This document shows, in pieces, positions 28,801-37,362 of a DNA stretch of 64,000 bases. The notes under the pieces were generated by a model. The model was not told the origin of the DNA and did no database searches. It saw only the letters and a program-made list of their open reading frames with translations. Location of the stretch: IMG/VR virus record IMGVR_UViG_3300044640_000597, positions 1 through 64,000 of that record. One strand, given 5' to 3'. The stretch is from a virus. The translations under genes and the position numbers were made by a program. Numbering within the stretch: the first letter of the stretch is position 1; each line of letters begins with the position of its first letter.

Positions 28801-30294
28801 TTTATCAAAAGTTGCTTCTACTTTAGGTATGCGTCTTAGAATTGCTTTGGCTTTCTCAGATACTTTAGTCATTGGGGAATCGGCAAAGTGACTTCTTCCC
28901 TTGATATCTTTATCCTCTACCCCAGATTCCATTGCTTCGATCATATCAGCTTCTGCATCCCCTTCTTCATTTGTAGAAGCAATACTATCTTTTACAATGT
29001 TGTATTGATTAGCACGTAGCTCATCAACAATCATTTGCTTCCAAGATGGGACGGTAGTATTCCCTGTGGCAGAATCTTTCTTACCATTCCAGTTTAATAC
29101 TACGTGCTTAATGAGTTTACGTTTATTGTTGAGAGTAGCTGCTAGTGCTTTATCTCTAGGGGATGCATCTGTAGCAACTTTCCTAAAGTTATTAAGAGTG
29201 AATCCTTTGCTCTCCCTATAATCTGTAAAGTCTTTTAGTAATTTCTCTACCTCTGGTTTAAATGCAGCTGCTTCTTTCTTATTAGTTTTGAGTAATGCTG
29301 TGTACTTACGAGTAGCATTCTCAAACAATATCTCCATAGTAAGACCCTTCATAAATATAGGGATATCTTTCTTGGGATCCATAGGTCTCTTATCCAGGTA
29401 TTTATATATTTGATACAGCAGCCCATTAACTACTTTACCTCTTGTATTCTTTGTACCTAGAATCTCTCCTACCAGTGGTGTCTCCCATGCATCAATTTCA
29501 TTGATAACCATGTTAGTCAATCCCTCTACCATCTTATCTACAGTAGCACTAGGTATACCTTCTACAAGTCTGCTAGGATTGTAGGAGCTTTGCATAGCCT
29601 CTGGGTTTCTAAATACCCCTCTGCCTAGGAAAGTCTCATTAGACTTTGTGGTCTCCATAAGAGAATAGACATCTCTCAATCCAATCTTGTTAGAGATCAA
29701 ACCTTTTATCCAGCTAAACAAATCTCTAAACCACTTGGCAATGCTAGCTACTATTCCTCTGCTGCTCTCTTCTTCTGTAAGCATGTGCTCCATGAAACCG
29801 TCAGCCATCTTTTCTTCCAGCACCAAGTTGCTAGCCTCTTCATCTCCGATAGCTATATTGTACAGGTCTACTACTTCTTTCTTAATCTTTTCGATTTCTG
29901 CAGTAGTGGGTTTACCAAATTCTTTAGCTGCATCTTTGTACAAGGACTGACGTTGCTCCTCAGACAGCATTGTTCTGAACAGCAAGTGGTAAGCTTCGTG
30001 GTATTCAGTACCAGTTTCAGCCGATGTCCACATATTGATTGCCCCATTCTCAACGTATCCATGCTGAGTCTTATTCCCAATCTCTTTGGCAAAATCATAG
30101 AAGACCGTTTCCTTTCCAGGAAACAACTTTGACAAATAAGCTGTAGCTTTTTCCTGCCTATCGTTTGTTTTAGGATAGTAGTACTTACTAGGAACTTCTC
30201 CTTTGTACTTATTCCATAATTTATAGGCTCTTTCAGGTTGAGCTTCTTCTAGTGACTTCCATTCAGGAAGAGATTTATTTGGGCAAAATGTCAT
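22801..30294 (-). CDS. Virion-packaged single-chain RNA polymerase (phi14:2 gp66-like) with N-terminal zincin-like domain
   Basis: Catalytic GSDFDVDK (25108-25122), GYRIPNQ, SAKKG, AVDATK; HEAYH (29986-30000). Confidence 0.93.
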   Translation of the reverse strand: MTFCPNKSLPEWKSLEEAQPERAYKLWNKYKGEVPSKYYYPKTNDRQEKATAYLSKLFPGKETVFYDFAKEIGNKTQHGYVENGAINMWTSAETGTEYHEAYHLLFRTMLSEEQRQSLYKDAAKEFGKPTTAEIEKIKKEVVDLYNIAIGDEEASNLVLEEKMADGFMEHMLTEEESSRGIVASIAKWFRDLFSWIKGLISNKIGLRDVYSLMETTKSNETFLGRGVFRNPEAMQSSYNPSRLVEGIPSATVDKMVEGLTNMVINEIDAWETPLVGEILGTKNTRGKVVNGLLYQIYKYLDKRPMDPKKDIPIFMKGLTMEILFENATRKYTALLKTNKKEAAAFKPEVEKLLKDFTDYRESKGFTLNNFRKVATDASPRDKALAATLNNKRKLIKHVVLNWNGKKDSATGNTTVPSWKQMIVDELRANQYNIVKDSIASTNEEGDAEADMIEAMESGVEDKDIKGRSHFADSPMTKVSEKAKAILRRIPKVEATFDKANKKIIYKQVTNDIFTDQTEYWSLRYVYKQLSELWADVGSFQEMEEKLIEASKYRPDYSSINQRIMSMPGNERALLYKTFAQTLAEFNMAILGSQGKVLNANSSTTEQKAVKQWTGQMVEINGQEEGEEGSSRAVFAKTLSEEDDEASGFVVKTAKFNKIKEAFKKAYGFNRMQFKPNEDPNAEFFNKEPVIDSPAWALGSLIWELGFNFGSNVNQMDTIINVQNLINKGFKISKTEAGKVKNHTVIGKEAFDAIFERARLSKMVEAIANVSTSREGVGIESKKEKPVLYFNTEKQGMKFLAGLAPLFTSRVAESFVTPTGSAMYPVNMATTLSELPFQIRKDVTANKEQALPLYRKDKFIFPPDMMPSHLFFHLTQNEEFLRDFKTSPLAGIRDYGDDALDYEDFNNVDSVLTRLEIYNNNFNEKYYYVAVPAQADRARFDMMLMPRIKGHFDTKFNKKNGVSDVFRDAILQDLLRIKQARATIAASKEDPNVTLIPDYHTGQMRGLSDEFMQFDGIDELGNRIVTDRAINSSIGVMRMSDLAEEFIRKTKSNLPLSQELQQFRNELTEMISGLSLFYTGQAKQMAATIEEADRKNDVNSKLLKKWADIAGVDLSKRKKDEQGNSPFVQAMIPLLKDFLIHEDLGRNEIIKLTRGNRALFKNIEDFTKRQRLLTTPRTKLAEKNTLAKKDGLGNYVPWMDERYGAISEYNEMVFDDPMGQVTAAIATEMNNWANRTKEMLLKSGYTAAEAAFTDEYKAGSFEEHDGLTLISIDWLREIMQGEGEWFQYHEVAYNNYKNDPEGKFVYPAGVKDLPRGAKVGQDIPIRPYKPFGQEVKSIGGTVAVDLTKTAYFPLLKSYTKAFPVMDDMRMRMEANPNEANNPYAGMKKIHTASAVSAKKGVQLNVFNMKGWSRIQGGFFRNVKINRNSTSALGFPQTVPAAKEYSETILGRQIKKNAIANVKSTELYYYNAGIAGETAIPGADMTALYHAAIEERLRRDLESVNNEIGLSEFRKVVNKLKSEKPNVDSIKGAQEFKEAKARLLKNIRNLIEEQAIERELSDNFIKALDITIDPVTGIARFAIPMDFPVYGTAFQSALLSVYNNRVFKQYVPGYEAVQTAALGGFEVDRSLKFLEVVDHPTNKRRGTRLAHAEIMIREDVLRKFGIEPGADLDANNIPEELRRIIGYRIPNQDKASTIIFKIKSVLPAGYEKAIVVPPQLVKLMGSDFDVDKMFLLFPELNEDGTKVRPDYKTLAKTKDVSKISDKELTNIVLDTIEAVFSSPEHYLETLRPLDNEVLKNIRTSIIELNRELAPSKVFTGGMYETTSAVRNMLGNKMRGLWANALAGRNIATVSDNFNLKSEFAVKIAGEMINTKMQEIIPASSGFAYDAGEPTDKIMSRYLNAAVDATKAPYHYIVNDNAVTFPVELLWIQYYGDTELLHHFLNQPIIRDFVDTMAIKFNDDLSKINEAYKEVADKNGITLGSEDLPTNYKNISETTAMTRQSIMTLTVNKERALQNFLKMYTAGSQLKEAFRLISPDTTSGINRLEAIQEHMGKKKKFDNPKGGKLNNAPIAFYGRGKDENVLTQFFDENSIYGFERGYDNLLSEMAGVSSVLFPMTTSESSLKFKEAIRTAASLDAMTTDHHRDVNAAIMFTILTKEESPIAQYMNVEYSERLYKPGYIDPATIDPKTKKGKPALTLWKRIEEAASKFGNLTGNEFLMKLTEDENNSKFKNFKTFNFDATQQFSREEKSRIQDDLHNLLYKPEAYVKKTDNLEEYKKNVEKIRQIGFDLCMHALISNGFRKSAFNYVSMIPPQFWLNPMSREVNTAITGKTLKPISVADYMHGESAKMQTGKYFDAEDLARFFRVYGEIRPGGRNLLQRHSLGPEYTKLEKVHKISNKKFGGNQEAPGVMVFRTSKGESGVYVKANPTETTDKTVYLSMFGTTNNKKHIVGGDWLNKRTFGDSTENANNIMSMLQAYYDATSTKVAQSDVTQICML

Positions 30295-30307
30295 TGTCTG
30301 TATTTTA

Positions 30308-33300
30308 TTAACAAATTCCTTCTAGCACATTGTTCTGCAGCTTGTCAGATTCTTCTTCTGTGAGGGTGATGCCGAATGTATCTTTTACTATTTGTATAAA
30401 CATTGTGTCATCCATTCCTCCAGATTTAGTAATAGACTTTTTAAGGTCTGCTAATTGTTTATCTACCCCAGCTGCTGGCCCACCTTTAGATTCTCCAGCA
30501 TTTAATAAGTCAGATGCTAAAGATTCTTTAGTTACCTTACCCTGTTTCTTAACTCCTTTTTCTTCCTTATCAACTTCTTTACCTTTAGGGGCTGCGGATT
30601 TAGTAGTAGCTTTTGTGCTAGCTTTTTTCTTACCAGCATTATTAATGCTTGGATCTGAGCTGCTAACTGTTTTTTTCAGCTCGAAAGATACTTCACCTTT
30701 TAGCAACTCTTTAATATTATAACTAAGAGTGAATTTTTTCTCAGCCATTCCTGATACTTTTTCTATGTATCCCTCCGTGTTATAACGTATAGGAAGGTAC
30801 AGTACACTTGCTCCAGCTATGTTAGCAGGCTTAAGTTTACCTACACCAACCAAAGAGTAAGCATACATACTAAGTTGAGTACCATGCTGATCTCTTTTAC
30901 TTTTAGATACTTTTTTAGTCTGAGGATCAGTGTACCCTTTCTCATAGTTAGCAAGTCCACCTTCTGACCCAGTCTTAATATCGTAGATATAATACTGTGG
31001 GCCTACCCCTTGCTTATCCTTTCTCTTAACCAAGATGTCGAACTTGCCTGCATAGTCCCCATAGCTATCAGTATAAACGATCATCTCTGTAGCAATAACT
31101 GTCTCTCCTTTTGATTTAATCAATCTACGGATATCTCCTATTTGGTTGATCAATTCAAGGAATGCCACACGAGACATCTTATCCCCACGAGTATAATCTG
31201 TCTTCCCCATAAGAACAGATTCTACAATATCATGTACTGTATTACCTGCTCTGCTTGATGCTTGTTTTACTTCCTTAGTTCCATTAAATGGTTCAGAAGA
31301 TATACTTGTAATTCTTTGGAACTTCTTAGGTTCAGTCTCTCCCTTAGGCTGTATCTTATAGTGAGTTTCTTCTTTTGTAGCGGGATCTTCAAACATCCCC
31401 TTAAACTCATTCTCTTTGATGTCGATAAGTCTGTTGACCAGGGGATCGTTCAATCCTCTGTCTTCCTCATCCATTTCAGCTACCTTTGGCTCTTCAAACT
31501 CATCCTCTTCTTTTTTCTCTTGAGTCTTTGTCCCTCTTGACTTTGCTAAATCTTCAAAGCTTGTAGTAGAACCAGTTGTTTCATCTTGTGGGGTTTCCTC
31601 AATTGTATCCCCCATCATAGTGTCAAACAAGTTCTCATCAACTTGTTCCTGGTCGTCATCATCATTAGAGTGCTCATCACTCTCTTCAAACTCTTTAGGG
31701 TCAAGCTTAGCTTTAGCAGACTGAGGAGAAGCTGTTGAGTTATTATCATATAAAGGTTTTCCTTCTACGAGCAGTGGACCATAAGTAATTCCTACGTCAA
31801 AGTATGGGCTCCCATCTTGGTTAAGGAACATATCAGATCCAAGTATGCCTGTATGTGACTGTCCATCAGAATCTATATCAGGAATAGCATTTGGGTCAGC
31901 AAGGTATTCAGTATAGCTATTATACATCTTACCCTTGCCAGTTTCAGGATCTATATAAGGAGATTCAAATGCTTGATTACTTTGTAAGTTAGCTGCAGAT
32001 ACCTGATGTCTTCTTTGAAGAACAGCTTTCTCAAATGCATCTACAACTCCATTGTATACTTCTTTTATTTTATACAGTCCTTTTTTATCAGGATCTGGAT
32101 TAAAGTCTACCCCACCCTTTTCACCTATTTCTGCTTTAACAAATGAGAATTCAAATGTTTGGTTTGATAAAGCTTTGGCTAATTCAGCACTGCTTATACG
32201 TATGTAACTTTCAGCTTGAGGATGGTAAAAGGTATAAACATTTGTTATTGTTGTGTCACCGTTAACGTCTGTTCTTTCTAATGCATCTGAAAAGAGCATG
32301 TCAGTTTTCTCAAGGTTAACTGCTGCTTTAGCAACCTTATTAAAACCTATGAGCTCATTAAGCATCCCTGACCTACCTTGTAAGATAGCAAGTTTTGCAG
32401 CCTCTAGTCCACCTTTAGTTATTCTTTTAGTAGTTAGGAATAGATGTCTGAATCCTCCTATCGGAGTTCTTACAAGCATTGCTACTTTACCCAGCTCACT
32501 ATCGTAAGAAGTTATAGTAGGGATTACATCTTTTTCTGTAATATTATCCCCTACTAATGCTAATTGAAATCTAGGGAGACCACTTTCTCTTTCAATAGAC
32601 GATATCATAAGGGTAGGCATAGCCCCATCCTTAAATGGATTATAGAAGAATGGCTCTCCGTCTACAGTTACAGCATTTGCAATATTCTCAGTATTATATC
32701 TCTTACCTGCTATCGTGCTAGTTACCCTTTTACCCTTTAAGAAGTTTTCATATATATCCTTACGACTCTGGTTAAACTCAGTTTCTTTGTTAGGGTTAAA
32801 ACTTTCCAGTAACCCAACTCTCTTGTACTTACCATTAGCTTGCTTAATTGCAACAAATATTGGAACTGTTTTCCAATGATCACCTGCAGGAATTCCATCT
32901 TTATTTTCGTTCCAGAACTTAGTGTCTGTACGAACGTCAAAGAAAATTTCAGTATCATTAGGAGATAACAAACTAGATGATAAAAGCTCTGGGAATATTT
33001 TTATCAGATCCCCATTACTATCAAGTTGTTTTATTCCTAATTTAGATCCAGGTTGCCCTTTAGGGATACCATTACCATAGTAATCCTCATTGATAAGAGG
33101 AGTGCCATCTGAAGATACAATTACGTTATCAAAGTTGTCAGTAGTTCTGTATTCGTTCTTAACTAATCTGGCATCAATTTCTCCAGCATACTCAGCAGTA
33201 TTAGCTTTCTCCTCTTCTACTGTTTCTTTTGGAGTTTCTGGGGTGAAGCTATCCTCATCTTCATACTCCTCCTCTTCTTCCTCTTCTGCTGCCTGATAGT

Positions 33301-36300
33301 CAACCTGAATGGTTGTATCATCTGTACCTGTATCCTCATTCATGAAGTCACTACCTGCAAGACTGTTAAGAATTGCTTCTTCGTCTCCAGGCTCTCCTTC
33401 CATGTTGAGGTCTAGTTCTTCTGCTGAAGATACTTCAGTAGCTCCTTCACTCTGTCCTTGACCTCCTTGTTCCTCATTAGATCCCGTAGGTTCTTGGGCA
33501 TTTTGTACATCTTGATCAATTGAATCTGATTTTCTAGCTTCATCTAGTTGTTGTAGTTTAGTTATTTGATCTTGAATAAGTCCCTGCTCTGTTTTGGCAA
33601 GTCTAAGATTCTCTATATATCTTTTTATCAGGTTAGCAGCTGTAGGATTAGTCTCTGCCTCAGCTTGAAAGTGCTTCAATAATCTCTCATATCTTTTTAT
33701 TGTGGATTCTAAAGTGTCGAAATTTGCTTTAAGCTTTCCAATTTCACTAGCAAAGTCAACTCCTTCCTGTCTATTTACTTCTCCAGGCTTAGCATTAGGA
33801 TCTCCCTCAGTAGGTATCTTCTCTAGCTCCCGATACATCCTTTGAATCTCTTCTAGCTTCTTGGTATACTCTTCATGTAGCTCTCTAGCATCAATATAGT
33901 TTTGTAACTTATAGAGAGCTGTAAATTTTATATTACTTCTTTTGTAAGCTTGCTCTAGAATTGTTCTAACTTGTGAGAGCCCATCAAGAAACTTCTGGAG
34001 TTCTTTAGCAGCAATCATGTATATCTGAGGAGTAGGCTCTATTCCCTCTAGATCAATTCTATTATCTAAAATTTCCTTCCCCTTCTTTAATACATTAAGG
34101 ATATCAGCAGCTCTACTTTCACTTTCTTCTAGACTAAGATTTATTGTATCAGCTGTTGCTTCAGCTACATACCCAATCATCATTATCTCTGCAAGCTCAT
34201 CTACTAACTGAGGATTATCTTCAGCCTTAAACTTGACAACTTGCCCAGCTTCATTAGTAAGAGTAATAGATACTACGGGTACTTTTCCATCAGGTGTAAG
34301 CTGAGTCATGTCTGCCTGAATAGCATCCATAATGTTTACCTTATTATTTTTATAAGGTATACCATTTACTATAAGGTTTCTGTTATCACTTGTAGTAACT
34401 CTGATGTTATTGACATAAGTCTTCCCGTTAGGAGTGTTAGTATCAGAGCCCTTCATGTTATTGATAGATGCTTCAGCATCTGCCTTAGCCTTCTTCTGCT
34501 CTTCAGTAGGAGTACTGTTAACTCTAGCTTCTTTATCAGCTGTTGTCTCTCCTGCTCTGTCTGCTATAACTCGTAATAGAGCTGCAGCTTTTTGTGGATC
34601 TGCATCTTTAATCTCATCGATGCCTGCTATCAAATCTTTTAAATGTGCATCAGTAAGTATGTTAAAGTTCTCTGCATACTTATCTTCTACTTCCTTAAGC
34701 TCTTGATACTTCTTCAAAAGCTTTTCACGTAACTCAGGACTTAGAGAGTCATTGTTTATGAAGTGCTCAAGATCCAAAGTTGATCTAGCTTCATCTATTG
34801 TTACAGATGCTTCTTTGTTATCGTTTGTAATCTTGGCTTCTGCTTGAGCACTCTGTCTAGCAAGCATTTCGATATCCCTTCTCTCTGGGGATGTAACCAG
34901 TTCTTCAAATGCAGCAATAGATTCCTCTCTCATTTGAAGTCCAGTAAACAAGTTCTGCAACTCGTTATTAAACTTCATTTTATCTATAGGGTTAAGAGTG
35001 TCAGCATACCTGATGGCTTTCTCCATCCTGCTGATCATCTTATTATCATCATCATCTTCCTTTTTCTTTCTCTGTCCTTCAGGAGATTGCTCTTCAGCTT
35101 TAGCTTTAGCCTTTGCCTCTTCTGATGCAGTATCACTAAGTGTAGTACTTACTACAGATCTTGGGAATTGAATCTCTCCTGTTGGGGACACAGTAATCTT
35201 ATTCTTTTTTACAAGAGCAAGAAGGTCGTCTTTATTAATATTAGCAAAAGAGTCTGGTCCTTCTGGGGAAAGTCTTCTGAGCTCATCTATACTTTTATTG
35301 ATTTCCTCATCTCGAGTATCAATGCTAACCATATGACCCATAAGAATATTCTTAAGTCTCTGGTTATATAGTCTGTGTGTAGCATCAGCCTGCTTTCTTT
35401 CTTTACCCTGCAGCAGACCTGGTAATCCTGATTTGTTAGGATTAACTTGCTGTACAATATCATCTAAGTCTTTACTTAATTTAGATGCTTTTTTGTATTC
35501 TTCTCTGAGGTCTTGAATTACCTGCACATGGCTCTTACCTCCACTTTGCTCAGAGAATGTACTCTTTAGTGTTCCATCCTGTGTCTTTGTAGTATCATAG
35601 CCAGTACGTTTCATGAACTCTTCTTCTGACATCTTTTCAAGATCGTCGAATTCTTCAAGTCCAAGATCCTCTGCATCTAATCTCTGCAGTTTGTTTGCTC
35701 TTTGAGCAATCAACTGTTTTCTTAATTCATTAGCAAGTTTATAGTTACCAACGTCATTAGCAGCTGCAATTGCTGCCCCAGTACGTAGTATCTCCTGATT
35801 CATTTCTGCATCTGCAGCTAGATTCATGAATGTAGGACTGTTCTTAATAGCTAATAACTGTTCAGTATTAGCTGCCATGTTCTTTCTCTTAGAAGCTTCT
35901 GCCCCGAACGTAGTACTAGTAGCCCCCATACCACCACCAATGAGTGCTCCTAGAAGCATGCTTTCCATACCATCAGCACTTCCAAAGGTTTCACTCATCC
36001 CCTTACTGAAAGCTTGTATAAAGTCTCCACTTCCAGTATCAAACTTATTCTTAAAGTACTCACCTGCCCCAACACCAATTGCATACTGTGCTCCTTCCTG
36101 GAATGATTCATTAAGAGCATTCTTGTATATCGGACTGGTAAACTTATTAACCTTTTGAAGAGTTTTGCCAAATGCTGTATTAGGGGTTTTAAGAATGTAC
36201 TTACCTTCTTTCTTAACTATATCTTCTGTGAGATCCTCCCCAATTTTAAATCCTGCAAGTTTCTTTGATCCACCGATCATGCTCGCAAACGTGAACAAGT

Positions 36301-37342
36301 TTGTAGGCATGAGTATCCCCATATTAAGAGCAAACGTAGAATTCTCTACAGCCCTTGCACTGCTTAGGATTGCTTCCCTTTCTTCAGAAGTCATGTCCTG
36401 TTGAACAGACTTACCAGGATTATCTTCCTCCCACTCGTCAAATTTCTCTTGTATGAATTGCTTTGACTTCTCTCTAGCTTCCACAGATGACTCAGCAAGA
36501 GACATCATAGCTCCTACTTCAAGGTGTTTAACAGCATTAAGACCCCTAGCTATTTTAGCAGTTCTAGAAACATCATCAGCCAGCTTAGTTCCAGTCTTAA
36601 TCATCTTAGAAGCTTCATATATCTTCTTAAGCTTTTCACCTGTTGTTGCTACTTTAGCTACTGATGCTGCCTCCCCCATAGTGGCAATACCTTTGCCAGC
36701 TGCACCTATTCCCTTTGCTATCAGTCCCTCTCCACCAGTTAGCCACACAGTTGCAAGAGAACCTAATGAATATCCTAATCCATTAGCAAACTTATCAGTC
36801 CAGAAGTTAGCTGTCCCTAAAGATGCAAGGACACTACGGTCTGGATCCATTTCTTTCTGAGTGTAGTAGTGTGGAAGGTTTTCAGCCATCCACTCATTCA
36901 TCTCATCTACCGATCTACCTACAGCATTGTCTGCATATGTACCACCAGTAGCTAGAGATGCTAAGCCAGATACTACCCCAATGGTATTCTCTGCAATAGC
37001 ACCACCCATTGTGGTTCCCATTTTGAGAAGTCCTCTGCCTATCTTCTCTCCAACACCTTGGTTCTTTGCACGGATCTCATTCCAGTCTTCACCAAATGGA
37101 TTATAGCCTATATCATAGTTAGCATAATTTGCAAGAGAATCGCTATATCTATTAGTAACATTTATTGTACTAGAGGCCTGCTCCAGTCCAGACATAAATT
37201 TGTCTGGGGCAACTTTATATTCTAGAGGCTTCCCAGCATTAATCTGAGCTTGCTTGATATAAGGATTATCAGAATCTACAGCTTCTTTAGTAAGACCTGA
37301 GTTTTTAGCAATCTGTGCTAGGTATGGGTTTTCTTCAGCCAT
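30308..37342 (-). CDS. Giant virion cargo protein with N-terminal membrane segments and C-terminal PD-(D/E)xK nuclease domain
   Basis: 2344 aa; Gly-rich hydrophobic helices; GNTVH...TE...AGKFDIL...YDIKTG...QLSMYA. Confidence 0.82.
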   Translation of the reverse strand: MAEENPYLAQIAKNSGLTKEAVDSDNPYIKQAQINAGKPLEYKVAPDKFMSGLEQASSTINVTNRYSDSLANYANYDIGYNPFGEDWNEIRAKNQGVGEKIGRGLLKMGTTMGGAIAENTIGVVSGLASLATGGTYADNAVGRSVDEMNEWMAENLPHYYTQKEMDPDRSVLASLGTANFWTDKFANGLGYSLGSLATVWLTGGEGLIAKGIGAAGKGIATMGEAASVAKVATTGEKLKKIYEASKMIKTGTKLADDVSRTAKIARGLNAVKHLEVGAMMSLAESSVEAREKSKQFIQEKFDEWEEDNPGKSVQQDMTSEEREAILSSARAVENSTFALNMGILMPTNLFTFASMIGGSKKLAGFKIGEDLTEDIVKKEGKYILKTPNTAFGKTLQKVNKFTSPIYKNALNESFQEGAQYAIGVGAGEYFKNKFDTGSGDFIQAFSKGMSETFGSADGMESMLLGALIGGGMGATSTTFGAEASKRKNMAANTEQLLAIKNSPTFMNLAADAEMNQEILRTGAAIAAANDVGNYKLANELRKQLIAQRANKLQRLDAEDLGLEEFDDLEKMSEEEFMKRTGYDTTKTQDGTLKSTFSEQSGGKSHVQVIQDLREEYKKASKLSKDLDDIVQQVNPNKSGLPGLLQGKERKQADATHRLYNQRLKNILMGHMVSIDTRDEEINKSIDELRRLSPEGPDSFANINKDDLLALVKKNKITVSPTGEIQFPRSVVSTTLSDTASEEAKAKAKAEEQSPEGQRKKKEDDDDNKMISRMEKAIRYADTLNPIDKMKFNNELQNLFTGLQMREESIAAFEELVTSPERRDIEMLARQSAQAEAKITNDNKEASVTIDEARSTLDLEHFINNDSLSPELREKLLKKYQELKEVEDKYAENFNILTDAHLKDLIAGIDEIKDADPQKAAALLRVIADRAGETTADKEARVNSTPTEEQKKAKADAEASINNMKGSDTNTPNGKTYVNNIRVTTSDNRNLIVNGIPYKNNKVNIMDAIQADMTQLTPDGKVPVVSITLTNEAGQVVKFKAEDNPQLVDELAEIMMIGYVAEATADTINLSLEESESRAADILNVLKKGKEILDNRIDLEGIEPTPQIYMIAAKELQKFLDGLSQVRTILEQAYKRSNIKFTALYKLQNYIDARELHEEYTKKLEEIQRMYRELEKIPTEGDPNAKPGEVNRQEGVDFASEIGKLKANFDTLESTIKRYERLLKHFQAEAETNPTAANLIKRYIENLRLAKTEQGLIQDQITKLQQLDEARKSDSIDQDVQNAQEPTGSNEEQGGQGQSEGATEVSSAEELDLNMEGEPGDEEAILNSLAGSDFMNEDTGTDDTTIQVDYQAAEEEEEEEYEDEDSFTPETPKETVEEEKANTAEYAGEIDARLVKNEYRTTDNFDNVIVSSDGTPLINEDYYGNGIPKGQPGSKLGIKQLDSNGDLIKIFPELLSSSLLSPNDTEIFFDVRTDTKFWNENKDGIPAGDHWKTVPIFVAIKQANGKYKRVGLLESFNPNKETEFNQSRKDIYENFLKGKRVTSTIAGKRYNTENIANAVTVDGEPFFYNPFKDGAMPTLMISSIERESGLPRFQLALVGDNITEKDVIPTITSYDSELGKVAMLVRTPIGGFRHLFLTTKRITKGGLEAAKLAILQGRSGMLNELIGFNKVAKAAVNLEKTDMLFSDALERTDVNGDTTITNVYTFYHPQAESYIRISSAELAKALSNQTFEFSFVKAEIGEKGGVDFNPDPDKKGLYKIKEVYNGVVDAFEKAVLQRRHQVSAANLQSNQAFESPYIDPETGKGKMYNSYTEYLADPNAIPDIDSDGQSHTGILGSDMFLNQDGSPYFDVGITYGPLLVEGKPLYDNNSTASPQSAKAKLDPKEFEESDEHSNDDDDQEQVDENLFDTMMGDTIEETPQDETTGSTTSFEDLAKSRGTKTQEKKEEDEFEEPKVAEMDEEDRGLNDPLVNRLIDIKENEFKGMFEDPATKEETHYKIQPKGETEPKKFQRITSISSEPFNGTKEVKQASSRAGNTVHDIVESVLMGKTDYTRGDKMSRVAFLELINQIGDIRRLIKSKGETVIATEMIVYTDSYGDYAGKFDILVKRKDKQGVGPQYYIYDIKTGSEGGLANYEKGYTDPQTKKVSKSKRDQHGTQLSMYAYSLVGVGKLKPANIAGASVLYLPIRYNTEGYIEKVSGMAEKKFTLSYNIKELLKGEVSFELKKTVSSSDPSINNAGKKKASTKATTKSAAPKGKEVDKEEKGVKKQGKVTKESLASDLLNAGESKGGPAAGVDKQLADLKKSITKSGGMDDTMFIQIVKDTFGITLTEEESDKLQNNVLEGIC

Positions 37343-37362
37343 GCGTTGGTTCTATTCTAAAT

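Noticed and set aside
33250-33292. Trinucleotide-like low-complexity run
   Set aside because: Simply encodes an acidic poly-Glu linker in the cargo protein
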